A DNA stretch of 64,000 bases from Tubulanus polymorphus. Taxonomy: Eukaryota; Animalia; Nemertea. Within the stretch, counting starts at the first letter, position 1. Each line of letters begins with the position of its first letter. A program made the translations under genes and the position numbers. Location: assembly GCF_964204645.1 (NCBI RefSeq), contig NC_134034.1, positions 11,916,962 through 11,980,961 on the forward strand, read 5' to 3'. The notes beneath the pieces were generated by a model. That model made no database searches. It was not told the origin of the DNA and saw only the letters and a program-made list of their open reading frames with translations. This document shows, one piece after another, positions 48,354 to 60,906 of this stretch.

Positions 48354-51158
48354 ATGGAGATGCATTCTTCAACTACTTATAAAGCGGTTGTCTGGTGGAT
48401 TTTATTCATCATCATCCCGGTAAAAATACTTCGAAAAAATCTTTCATCTTTTGTTTCTCAGGCAAAAAATCTTTTCCTCTCAACCTCCCATTCTTTTCAT
48501 CTCAATTATTTTCACCCTTTATTATTATGTTATCGATAGTAGACAGTGTTTGCCTCTGATTATTGCGTGCCTCAGCGCCCAGACAAAAAAGTATTTGAAA
48601 TTCATAAAATGCCCGATCTCTGACTCTTTGGCTTGGATGGATTGTCTTATTTTACATTCTGCCTTTAGCACACTGGTCCACCTGCACATGATAAGAAGAG
48701 GGCGGCCACTTACACCTGGAATATCGGGAATTTTGTTTTCTTGTAAAAAGTCAGGGAATTATGTGGAAAGAGCTATAATTCAGGGAACTATGTTGAGATT
48801 GAAATTAAATAGTCTCCATCAATGTCTTACGTAGGCCTATTTGACTTTGTTAATTGATCGGATTCTTAGCAGATCAAGTCAGGGAAAACTACGCGCACAT
48901 CAGGGATTAGTCGGGGGGGAAGGTAGCCAGTCGAGTAAAACTGTCCACCCGTCGAGCTGTCTTTCGTATTCACTGTATCTGATCTCATTTTTTTTTCGTA
49001 ATTCTATTTTAAGGTCGTTGAATGTAGGAACTGTTTTTACAATGGTTATGGGCATACGAAATACTTTTAGTAAGTTATTAAGTTATTTACCTAAAAACCG
49101 ACATCCTTGCCACACCCCCCCTGGTTCCTCTCTTCCAACTCCCCTCCCCATTCCTCTCCCTCATGTTACCTCCTTCATTCCTCTCTCTCCCTTACACCTC
49201 TCCCTAAGATCCCCTCTCCACCAACTCCCCTCTCTTGTCTTTCCTGACTAGCTACCCTCCCCATTCCTCCACCTCAGCTCCCCTCTCCACTAACTCCCCT
49301 CTCTTGTCTCTCCTCCAGCTACCCTCCCCATTCCTCCATCTCAGCTTCCTGCTCCCTGTCCGAGCGAGTATCTCTAATATCTGACGTTCTATAATTTCAG
49401 TTGTGCTGCTAATGAATATTGTTGCGGAGCTCACTGTTGCCAAGCCGTTTACTCATTTTATCGACTGTGGTACTTTTGGTAATTATCCTTTAGTAATTAA
49501 TTAATTAATCAAACTGAGGAAAACATGAGGTTCTAGCGAGATAAACAACAGGGTGGCGCCGCTTACCTGCAAATCAGAGAAATTTCTTTTTCTTTAAAAA
49601 AGTCAGGGTGAGGATAAGGAAAAAAGCTAGAATAAGGGAAAAGTCAGGGAAACTTGTTAAGATTAATAGATAACGCACAAGACCAAACAGTATCCATCAA
49701 TGTCTTACATATTTGACTGTGTTAATTGATTGGATTCTTAGCAGATCAAGTCACGGAAAACAACGTGCATGTCGGGAAAGTCGGGGGAAAAGCAAATCAG
49801 ATAAAGTGGCCACCCTGATGTCATCCTGGCACACTAAGAAAAAAAGAGTGCGAAAGTAGAAAATAACTAATAATTATGATATTGTTGTATTTGTATATTT
49901 TTGCAGGATGAGTATAATATTGATATTTGTATTCTGTTCGGGAGGAGGATACTGGTACAGACGTCGGTATATACAACAACGAGTATTCATCAATCATCAG
50001 ATGAATGTCGCCGCGGCAGGCGACGCTATTCCGATGACGAACAGACGCCCACCGATGTCCGGTCAGACAGCCATGTGTCCGAATCAACAACAAAATATCG
50101 GTAAAATTCAACTTAACCCTTTCAGTGCATCTACACCGCAGTGCGGTGTATAGATCAGTGATGGATTTTGCTAGTACACCGCACTGTGGTGTATTGATGT
50201 TATTAGTAATTATCTCTCTTGAAAGATGGCAGCACCTGTCAAACATAGTGAAATACTAGTAACTAACGATACAATGCGCCGCGGTTTAGATTAACTATAG
50301 TGGTATTCCTGTTGTTCAGCACACTAGGGTGGAATTATTCAAAATTTTCAAATTATCTACAGCACTATTGGGTATAAATAAGTCAGCACTGAAAGGGTTA
50401 GACCAAAAATGCTGGAAATGCTTATTTTTTTAGAAGAAATCTTGCGCAACTAGAGCCCAATGACCTATGTCAAATATTATGTGGTCTTAAATCTATAGGC
50501 CGGTCTCAAGTTTGTACAATAACCACACTCAAACGTGGTGAACAGATATTAAAATCCACTAAGCACAAATTAAAAGAGTTTTAAGATCGATAATTTATTA
50601 ATTCAAAAAGTGAGACACGACGTTTTCGATCTCACCCTAGAGATCATCGTCAGATCATCGAATTCTTTTAATTTGTGCACAGTGGGTTTTCATAATAAGG
50701 TTTCAAATTGTTAGATTGACTTCAGAACTAAAAAGGCCTTAGACTGCTGTTGAATCTAAGCCACACTACAACGCCGGACACAAGTCACGAGATTGTATAG
50801 AAACAGAGGGTTCAGTCTTGGATGAATCGTTCTTTTCGACTATTGTAACCTTCTTTCTAAATTACGCTCGTTTATTTCAGGAATGACGTTTTCTCCTCAA
50901 GCCGGAGTGATGCCGCTTCCTCCAGGTTATCCCCACAGCGGATCGGGAGCCGTTTATTACGCTTATCCGACTACGACGTTCTACGGACCCCCGCCGAGTT
51001 ACGACAGCGTTTACAACCCTACAACGCGGATACAAGTCCAATCTATCGGTCCCGCTGGCGGTGGTTTGCAGATGGCGCCCTCGCATACGCAGGTCACCAT
51101 TCCTAACCCGGGGCAGCAGCAGCAGCAGCAGCATCTACCGACAACATCAGAATCTTGA
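48354..51158 (+). CDS. VOPP1: Vesicular overexpressed in cancer prosurvival protein 1 homolog, 223 aa, 5 exons
   Basis: Exons 48354-48419, 49014-49069, 49401-49478, 49907-50100, 50881-51158 (672 nt). ECRNCFYNGYGHTKYFYCAANEYCCGAHCCQAVYSFYRLWYFWMSIILIFVFCSGGGYWYRRRY mirrors the VOPP1 pattern (C-aromatic-Y..YxC..xCCGxxCC..RLWYFW-TM-FCxGxG..RRR). Tail has PPGY and PPSY motifs. Confidence 0.85.
50551..50690 (-). mobile_element. Short fold-back element enclosing a hammerhead-like core (50614-50653)
   Basis: Minus strand CTGACGA-T-GATCTC(tagggt)GAGATC-GAAAACGTC; arms AAAATCCACT.../...AGTGGGTTTT. Confidence 0.55.
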
Positions 51159-51249
51159 GACTTGACTGAACAACCCCTGCTCATCTACAGCCCTACCTAG
51201 AATTTAGAACCTACTCTACTCTCCGGGGAGGTTCACCTATAGCCTACAG

Positions 51250-51491
51250 GACCCAGTTCCACAGTTCTGTTCAAACAGTTCTGTGTTAAGATTTGACACG
51301 GAGCTAACTCATTGAAATGAACTAATCTTTACTCGGAGTTAACTCTAACTCGCAACTGTGGAACCGAGTCCTGGGCCCAGTTTCACAAAAAAATTTTTGG
51401 CGTAATCGCCATTGGTTACTTCATGTTTTCAATGAGGACAACAATTCAAACTTAACCATTTTAGGCTTAAACTTTTTCGTGAAACTGGGCC
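51250..51491. mobile_element. Two abutting Harbinger-like MITEs sharing a CTG target; relatives at 5628-5733, 24080-24191, 33978-34073, 36818-36931, 55627-55722, 59559-59666
   Basis: CAG|GACCCAGTTCCACAG...GAACCGAGTC|CTG|GGCCCAGTTTCAC...GTGAAACTGGGCC|CTG. Confidence 0.75.
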
Positions 51492-53469
51492 CTGCGGTCT
51501 ACAATCTGACAGTAGGTTCACCTAGAACCAACTGTGTAGCTGCCACATTTTCTAAATCAAGACACCACCTAGAACCAACTGTAGCTGTTGAATTTCCTCA
51601 CCTAGAACCAACTATAGCTACTACCAAAAATCGGACAAAAAAATGTCGGATCGATGAAATGCCCGATAAAGCAGTATTCTAATCGTTGTCATTCACGATA
51701 ATATCTCTTTTGTTATTCGAGATTTTCTGTGGGGGAAAAAAAGTGTAATGTGGTCAGATTTGAACTTAGTTGTGATACCTAAATCTGCACTTATCCGTTT
51801 TACTTTGCACATTGCTTAAACGATTTAAATATTACTTCGAATTTCCATCTTTTGAATTTTTTCCTCTGCCTTTTATTGTAAAATTGTTTCATTTCAACGA
51901 TCGTTTCTATTCTAGTCATATATTCTTAATGTTTTACGTATATCTGACTGTTATCAATGTTTTCCAATTTATTCCTCGTCATTTTTCGAAAAATATTTTT
52001 GAACTGTGTCATTTCTAGTCGCTCGGTCCCTTCGACTACTTGAAAACTCCTTCAAAACGGAAATTGCTTTTACAGGTGCTTGAAACTCCTTTAATTTCAG
52101 TGAACTGCCCAAAACTCTTTATAATTTTGAGAACCAAGCAATGAAGAATGTTTGTTGTGTAAAACCAAGTTTCATTAGTGTTAAGGGATAAAAGTTTGCT
52201 TACAAAACCACCAAATTAACGGTTTACCGAGTTAAACAGTACCGATTAGGAGGAGTCTATAGTAATTGGGATATGCAAGTGATGCGGACACTCACTGGAA
52301 ATTTGAAAATTTCTTCATGTAGGCCTACTTTCAAACTCCTTGAATACTTCATCCAGGAATGCTTGGATTTTTGAAACAGGATATACAGCACTATTCCAGA
52401 AGAACTATTAACAATATATAATTCCAGAAGTAAATTATCATTATTCAGCATTTAGAACATTTTTGTTATTGATTCTCTCGCGCTGGACTTATTTTACTAC
52501 TGTTACGAATTGACATTTTTAAATTTTTGTTTCTATGTTTTACCGCCAAAATATTTTGACATTTCATGTATCTGTATTATTTGCACGATGTATTTACATA
52601 AAAGAAATGTATTCAATAATCACTATTGGATTTTGTGTAATAAAATACCGTAAAATACTTAATGAATCGTTGAATTTCTTTCTTCTGTCCACTCTCGTCT
52701 GGCAGCGTTCAGATAGTACGTAGGTCAATGTTGCTGTTTTTAGGTCCCTCAATTAGATGATTATCAGATATTTTTCTACAATTACGTAAGTGAAAGTTCC
52801 AATATCAATAATGATAATGAAAATTATAATAATTTAATTGTTAATATACCGTTAATCATAGCGCTTAACAATAATAATATATGAAACCATATTATGATTA
52901 ATATTATCATTGCAATACAAGAACATGAAAACAAACTGTTAGAGACATTATTCGATGGTAAAAGCTTTCCTAAAAACGATATGTTGTGGTGAGGTTTCGT
53001 TTGAAAGTATCGAAGGATGAATATTCGCTAATACTGGATGCGGTTAAAACATTCCATCCCTCGACGGTCGTAAAAAACTTCGTATCATGGCTCCGATTAC
53101 AGCAACGGCTTCAAGATCCAAAGGTGAACTCGCATAAAGCAGGCAATCTATAGAGCGAAAACCAGATGAAGATATCATTTCTAATATTTTTTATTGTGAA
53201 ATATATATATCTTTCCTACAAGTTCTACAGATAATGCGTATACATTATGTATATAACACCCGACGATAATTTACATCATAAAAAATCAGGGTTTCTCTAC
53301 AAATTATATGATTATGATATAAGATATACAAACCACACCCATCATCTAAGGTAATTGCTTCAGGGCACTGGGGTATTTACCCAGATTGATCGGTGCAGCT
53401 GCTTCTTATAGCCTAGATTTTCTTGTATTGAAAAAATATCACAGGCCTATAATTCAGGTTTATACCCTG

Positions 53470-53635
53470 TGTAGAGAGAATCCCACAATGACAAGGAAAA
53501 AGTCCGAAAATGTAACTTTGAGCTAGTCTAGTTTATTCAACGTTTCGACTATATCCTAATAGTCATCTCCAGGAACTACTATCTCAAAGTTACATTTTCG
53601 GACTTTTTCCTTGTCATTGTGGGATTCTCTCTACA
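53470..53635 (-). mobile_element. Fold-back element enclosing a hammerhead-like motif (53534-53576)
   Basis: Arms GAGAATCCCACAATG.../...CATTGTGGGATTCTC; minus strand TTC-CTGGAGA-T-GACTAT(taggat)ATAGTC-GAAACGTT-GAA. Confidence 0.6.
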
Positions 53636-53703
53636 TCGCATCAACACGGATATAGTGTTCTATCAATCGTGAGGTTTACACCCTATATTTTCAATAGTAC
53701 ATT

Positions 53704-54023
53704 CAACTGTGGAACTGGGTCCGGAGACAAATTAAACCCACACAGTCAACTCTGGAACTGGGTCCGGAGACGAATTAAACCCACACAGTCAACTGTGGAA
53801 CTGGGTCCGGAGACAAATTAAACCCACACAGTCAACTGTGGTACTGGGTCCGGAGACAAATTAAACCCACACAGTCAACTGTGGAACTAGGTCCGGAGAC
53901 AAATTAAACCCACACAGTCAACTGTGGAACTGGGTCCGGAGACAAATTAAACCCACACAGTCAACTGTGGAACTAGGTCTGGAGACAAATTAAACCCACA
54001 CAGTCAACTGTGGAACTGGGTCC
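53704..54023. repeat. 43-bp tandem repeat x~7 containing a MITE TIR
   Basis: Unit AACTGTGGAACTGGGTCCGGAGACAAATTAAACCCACACAGTC. Confidence 0.9.
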
Positions 54024-54238
54024 GTTCATATCAAAATAATACAATCATTTATTTATTTTCACCTCTGTAGTTAGTAACATTCTATTAAAAGCAGGCAGAT
54101 GGAAAAAGGATGGCAGCTTCCTTTCTCTAAACTTGTAATATATAGCCAAGCAAAAATCGTGGCGAAATCGTCATGGATGCTTAGAAGTGACGCCACGCGG
54201 CGGACTCAACTGGAGGCAGCCATCTTTTTAAGGGACTG

Positions 54239-57200
54239 TTACATGTGAGTTTCTCGTGAATAGGGCTCCGCAACAACTGACGACGTCATCGGGTCCTTTC
54301 GGGATTCTTCGGGAGTATCCCGAACGACGTACGGATTATCCTGACCCAACTCCGACCTGGATGTAGATTTTGACGGGGATGATGCGGAGTCGATCTAAAA
54401 GCAAAAGAAATGAGTAATTCAGATAATAGTTCAGTTGAGGAAGTTTGAAGTTATGTCCGGCACCGAGAAACCGAGACTTCTTCCATAACCAGTCTAACGA
54501 ACTAAGATTTAAATCTTGAAATCTTAATTACGAGCCAAAAGTCTTGACAATGGAACCGACTTGTGGGACAACTTGAAATTTCAGATTTATGGGGGACAGC
54601 CGGTCTTGTCCGGTCCCGTCGGGACTTGGGACTAAACAGGCAATAAGGGAATACAGGCATTAAATATCTCGATAAGCGCGAAGCGAAAAATCATTACTGA
54701 AATACCTGCCTGCCTGATTTTGTCATAGAGCCGTGGTCTTCGCGTGGAGGACTGAGGCGACCGGTTAAAAATCAGTCTGCGAAAAGATAAGCCATGCAAA
54801 AAAAGCAAAAAAGCAAAGATTAGAGCGAGAGAAAATCTAATGTTGGATATAGAATTATCAGGCTAATGCTAACAAATTGATACCGTGTTTCTCATTCCTG
54901 CCGAGCTTAAAAGTTGACCCGGCCGGCCGTCTATCTACCCAGTACATAACTGTTTTAAAATCGCGATCAAGCTAACAATAACAGACCCGGCAGTTATAGA
55001 AATGAACTGATTACAAATCTAATAGCAGTTTAAAAAATGACCCGACCGATTAGGAGAAACAAGGTATCAGTTTTAGCCTAATCACATGAAAATAAATATT
55101 TTGAACGGCGAAATTGTGAGTGAAATGTTTACCGTAAACTCTTCCGCTGCTGCAGACGAACCTTTCTCATTCTCGCCGTAGATAAACTTCTTTTTCTGCG
55201 ACTAATCATGCACAATGGTAATAGCAGTGATATACATGAGACGCAATTAGTTAAAAAGCCCTCAGAAATGTTAATCAGCAGGGGTCAGTGTTGCTCGAAA
55301 TGTTGCGAAATTAATTCAGTCTAACCACGGACGCTTAAACGAAAGAAGTTTTTTGAGTCCATGGTTTGGAACCAGTTTTTGAGCTTACCTCATCACGTGG
55401 AATTCCGCAGTGCATTTTATCTCTGAACTTCTTCGGCAAGCAACAACAGAACTTATCAAAAACAGGAACGATCAGGCGAGGATCTAAATCTTCGGTGTTT
55501 TCACCACCTGACGAAAAAGAAAAATTAAATGCCAAACTTTCAACATCGACTCATAAAGTCAATCAATCCCATCCGACAAACCGCCGCCTCCTTTTAGTAA
55601 AGCTACCAGGTGTCTTCCTACAACAGGAACCCAATTCCACTGCAAGTTAGGGAGTTGAATCTGATTTGAAATAAGCTAATCCTTTGAGTCCAATTTCAAC
55701 TCAGAACTGTGGAACTGGGTTCTAGCTGAGACGAGAAGATACACAATATCCGTGCAAGATGATAACGAGAGAAATCCCACAATAAATCATTCAGCCAAAA
55801 CGAGAAACTTGAGTAGAAGAGTAATATATATTTGCGCAACGTTTCGGCTAAAGACTAACAGCCATCATCAGGTGTATTGAAATACTGAAGTGTTCAGTAC
55901 TTCAGTACGCCTGATGATGGCTAATAGTCTTTAGCCGAAACGTTGCGCAAATATATATTACTCTTCTACTCAGGTTTCCCGTTTTGGCTGAATTCATTGT
56001 GGGATTTATCTCGTTGGTTTCTAGCTGTATTTCATTTTGGAACGTATCAAAATTAACTTCCATATAATACGACCTCCCATTCATAAACACGTTAAAAAGT
56101 GCGATGCTTCATAACGAGTTCCCACTTTCTTTAAAGTTGGACTCGTACGCATAATTAATGCGTCATCTAAATCTATTGATCGCACATGGGGCTAGTTCTG
56201 ATAATTAGTGAATACCAGCAGTACGGTCTTATCAGGTAATTACGGAGGTAACTAAGGATTTGTTTTTATCAAATGTCTAATACGAAATTCGGTTAGTACT
56301 CGATGATTTTTCATTTTCCCGCGGACATTGTACCGACGAGGTTCGACTATAGCGCAGAAATCCAAAATCAACGATGGAAGGCGGAATATGGGACTCGAGT
56401 GTTGAATGTAATGATATTTTATTTTGCCGTGTACCCAGAAAAACTTGTACTTTGTTTAACGCCCACCGCACACCGCGCACAGGGAAATACGGAAACAGTA
56501 GACGTTTAGATTGAAATTTCAGTAAATGATTCTTACCGGTTATAAAACTGAATATGACGCCGATAGTAACAGTGGTGATCACGGCTATTAAACTGTACCA
56601 CATGTACGATACATTATACACGCCGCCGTGTATTAAATCTCTGCGAAATAGAACATCAACTTTTAAAAACAATCAGATTGATCCAAAAAAAAACTCACAA
56701 GAAAACTAAGAGAGTGGTGATGTTTAGACTCAATTGTATGGGTCATTTTCAAAACTAAGAGAGTAGGGACGTTTAGACTCAATTCTACGAGCCTTTTTTC
56801 AAAACTAAGAGAGTAGGTACGTTTAGAATCAATCATATGAGACATTTTCAAAACTAAGAGAGTAGTGACGTTTAGACTCAATTCTACGAGCCTTTTTTCA
56901 ATACTAAGAGAGTAGGTACGTTTAGAATCAATCATATGAGACATTTTCAAAACTAAGAGAGTAGGGACGTTTAGACTCAATTCTATGAGCCATTTTCAAA
57001 ACTAAGAGAGTAGGTACGTTTAGACTCAATTCTACGAGCCTTTTTTCAATACTAAGAGAGTAGGTTCGTTTAGAATCAATCATATGAGACATTTTCAAAA
57101 CTAACGAGAGTAGTGACTTACTGAGACGTCGATTCGGGGACCGTGGTAGTCATAGTCATGGTACTCGTCATTACAGAAGTGGTGAAATTCGAAGTGATGT

Positions 57201-60200
57201 TACAACCGGCAATAGAGACCGTGGCCTTCGGGTTGAAGGGTTTGTGAACCTGAGCTCCGATTCCAATCCACAGCGTCACTATCAACCCGCTTATCAGACC
57301 TATAAACGAACCCTAGAAAATTCAAACGAAGAATACAGATTTCAATAATAGCCGTTGATAAAACACTATATCCGATCACGATTGATAAAACACTATATCC
57401 GTCCAATATCGCGACAAGCCCCTGTCATATTCTATGGGAGGCCATAGGTAAAGGCAAGGGTCTGAAAGGTCATCGGATACTAGATGTTATAGAGTATATG
57501 CCGCATGCAACAGGTCCCGTTATACGCCGAACACGTACCTTCCAATTTGACCAAGGTATAAACATTCCTAAAGTGAACACGCCTAGTACAGGACCACCTA
57601 TCATTCCGAACAGACCCAGAGCCGCCTGTAACACGCCTCCCAGCTGAGCGGCCACGAACGTCAGTCCTATACATATCACCCCGTAGATAACCGCTTAAAA
57701 AAGTAAGAAAGACATTTCATAAACATCTAGAATACGGACACGAGGAAAATAGTGAGAATCTATGAAACACCAACGTGCGAGTTCCGCGGGTAGTGAGCTA
57801 GAATTAATTCTTGAATTTAATTTTTAGTTAATTTCGAAGGTTTAACTATTCTGTGAGGTCAAATTTAAACTCACAACTGTGGAACTGCAGTCTATAGATA
57901 CCAGTACATAGAAACAGTTTCTCTATCGATAGTTGATTCAGGGTCCGATCTAGGGAATGAAAGCCACTTGCCCGGGATAAGCATATCTGAAATTTTGCTT
58001 GCCCCTTCCAAAAGCTACTTGCCTTACAGAGGCAGTCCAATCGGTGACACTATGATTCCTTTTCTCAACAAATTTATCGCGAAAACGAAATACGTTAGAA
58101 ATCCGTTGTCGGAATGGGAAAAAAAGCTTTGTGGCATAAATTGCACTAGCCCGGGGCACAAGTGATAATGATAACCTACTTGCCCTGATGAGGAGATACT
58201 TGCCCCGGGTAATGGGACAAATGCTTAGATCGGACCCTGTGATTGGAACAACCGATGTCTCTGCTCTGCAAGTTCCTCACATAATTCTAGTTCATATTTA
58301 CGCATCATGTACGCGAATGGCAAAACCTTTATTCGATTAAGTTCTAAATGTCTTAGAGAGACACGATTGAGAGGAAACCGCGGTATCGATCTAAACAACT
58401 GTTATTGTTTTTTTTCAAAAAGCAAAAACTATTGTTTAAAGTGATATCGTGGGTTTCTCTCAATGATAGTCGGCATCAAGACTGGAAACCGTCTGAACTA
58501 TTTACAACGTTTGACCTACCTAAAATTTTAGCTACAATTGTAGCCCTTTTGTCGTTCATCCCTTTACAACAAACTAACAGCACGATATCTTTCAACGTTA
58601 TAGCCGCTAAGGAGTTCAATCCTGATGATATTGTACTGGAAAAAATATCGATATGACTTATTACAGTGGAAACTCGTTACAACGAACTTCAAGAGACCAG
58701 AAAATCTGTTCGTTATAACTGATAGTTCTATATACAAGAGAACCTCGTTACAACGAACTTCAGAAGACCAGAAAATATGCTCGTTATAACTGATAGTTCT
58801 ATATACAAGAGAACCTCGTTACAACGAACTTCAGAAGACCAGAAAATATGCTCGTTATAACTGATAGTTCTTTATACAGTGGATTCTCGGTACAACGAAA
58901 TTCTGGAGACCAGAAAATCTGTTTATTAAAACCAATAGTTCACTAGATCCAGTATGAAATTACTAAAAGTCATAAAAGTCAAGTCGTGTTAGAACGGCTG
59001 TAGGTTCTGAGTCCAATTCGCAGAGAAAGAAATAATTTGTTTTCTTTTCTTCGATGTTCTGACTAAAATTTGCTAATTGTGGTCGTGGCACCCACTGTTA
59101 TGTTATGATATCATTTTATGTGACCACAGTCTGCGAGATCATGTCCAGGTCGAGACGGCAAACAAACCTTCCATAGACCACTCATGCGCAATCTATAGAT
59201 CGACCGAATAGGTCGGATTTCGATTGTTCTGGCACAAACCAGTTCGTGGCACGTACGACAAAAGGTATCCGTGTTATTGTGGTGACGGCTCTGTGGGCTC
59301 AGTTTTGTACACGAGAATTTTACGACGAAACGGTGGATGAGCTACACATATTTACGTATCTACATTTTGCCCTGAGATTTTACTACGCACGTACAAACTA
59401 ACCTCAATGATCCGCTGAAGAGGCAAGCCACAAACAGACCGGGCAAACCTGTGACATGATTCAAATTTTGCATCACGAACAGCGGTAGGAGCTGTAAATA
59501 GAAAGAAGAGAATCAATAATTTATTTTAAAATTTAGACACAATAAACTGTAATAGCAGGACCCAGTTCCACAGTTGTGAGTTAGAGTTAACTCTGAGTTA
59601 AAGTTAGTTCATTTTCAATGATTTAACTCAGAGTTAAATCTTAACTCGGAACTGTGGAACTGGGCCCAGGTGATTAGATTCAGTGATACGGGCATGGTGA
59701 CGTCATATGTGTTTTTATGGAGGCGGACATTTTTCATCGATAAACTATTCTTTTTTCAAACATCTTAAAACAAACTATAATAGCAAAAGTCTGATTTAGA
59801 GAAACGAGTAATATGATGTCGTCATTGGTGGTTTTATGGAGGCGGCCATTTTTTTCCATTACCTGATCCTGTTTTTTGACCAGTCCCAGCGTCAACGGGT
59901 CGCAATCTTTATAGGTGGCATAAATGATCATTCCGCACATTGAGGACAGTGTCATCAATAGGACCAGTCCTGGCAAGTTGATCCACATAGCACTGGAAGA
60001 AAATAAGTCACAGATTCTTACGAAAAGATCATTTCGTTCGAACGAAAAACATTTCGTTCGAACCTGTTTTATCAAATCAATCAATCAATCAAACGAAAAG
60101 ATTATTTCGTTCGAATTTATTTCTGACCATGTCCCTTCCGGGGCTCCGTAACAGAGAGAGACTTACATTTGAGCATACTTTAGTTTCGGTACTGTGATCG

Positions 60201-60906
60201 CGCGTTGTACTTGAGCTTGGTTGACGCCATAAATAGCAATCCACGTGAAATATCCGCCGATAGCTAGAGACCAGACGGTGTGCCGAGTCTTCGGGTCCAT
60301 GTCAAAACTGCAAAATACGTGATCTCATTTTTCTGGATTTGACTCTTTAAAAACGAAAATACAGTCAAACTCGGTCAAGTCATAATATCAGAGATATCAT
60401 CAGTATTTTTGAGTCCTAATTCATGCATGCATTACTATGTAATGGTAAATCTTGATGATTCTCTACCACTTCTCTACAACTTGGCTTCTAAAATCGCCAA
60501 GTTTCTTTATTTCATGATTCATTTTTGTCTCCGTAGATTTTTCAAACATTTGAACACGACGAGCCACGCCAGGCTGTGTGACTTACTTGAAGAATTCGAT
60601 CCTGTCGCCGGCTACATTCGCCGCCCAGACGTTCGACCATCCGCCGTGGTCTATACAGCCCTGAACGATAACGGCTATCAAACCGGCGAACATCATACAA
60701 ACCTGGAACGTATCCGTCCACATCACAGCTTTCATTCCACCCTATAAACAACAACAAAAAAACAAACCGGTGCGTATTTACAGGAAACCCTGCGACCAGG
60801 GGACCACCCACATCCGCGTTTTTTGAGATGATACTTACAATTGTGGTGTAAAATGTACAAACAATTCCAACTGCGATTACAGAACCCCATAAAGTAAAAC
60901 CAGTCA
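54239..60906 (-). CDS. Sodium:solute symporter, SLC5A5/6/8/12 clade (sodium-coupled monocarboxylate / multivitamin transporter-like); 5' exons not found in window
   Basis: Twelve in-frame exons: 60906-60839, 60741-60587, 60307-60167, 59992-59863, 59491-59403, 58635-58520, 57693-57539, 57312-57122, 56640-56537, 55507-55389, 55201-55133, 54394-54239. Motifs [86 protein letters not shown]; C-terminal PDZ-ligand-like ETHM. Confidence 0.92.
55764..56015. mobile_element. Fold-back element with hammerhead motifs in both arms (plus-strand motif 55908-55947)
   Basis: CGC-CTGATGA-T-GGCTAA(tagtct)TTAGCC-GAAACGTT-GCG; AAATCCCACA...TGTGGGATTT termini. Confidence 0.7.
56700..57117. repeat. ~49-bp minisatellite x~8; inverted array of the same family at 61840-62037
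   Basis: Unit TTTTCAAAACTAAGAGAGTAG.GACGTTTAGACTCAATTCTA.GAGCCA. Confidence 0.9.
57939..58238. mobile_element. ~300-bp MITE with CAGGGTCCGATCTA TIRs; inverted partial copy at 43826-44055
   Basis: CAGGGTCCGATCTA ... TAGATCGGACCCTG. Confidence 0.75.
58664..58945. repeat. ~71-bp tandem amplification of a Tc1/mariner-like terminus x4
   Basis: TA|CAGTGGAAACTCGTTACAACGAA repeated with its adjacent sequence. Confidence 0.7.
59168..59333. repeat. Dispersed repeat with an inverted copy at 63153-63321
   Basis: AGACCACTCATGCGCAATCTATAGAT..CCGAATAGGTCGG..GTGTTATTGTGGTGACGGCTCT is the reverse complement of 63153-63321. Confidence 0.85.
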
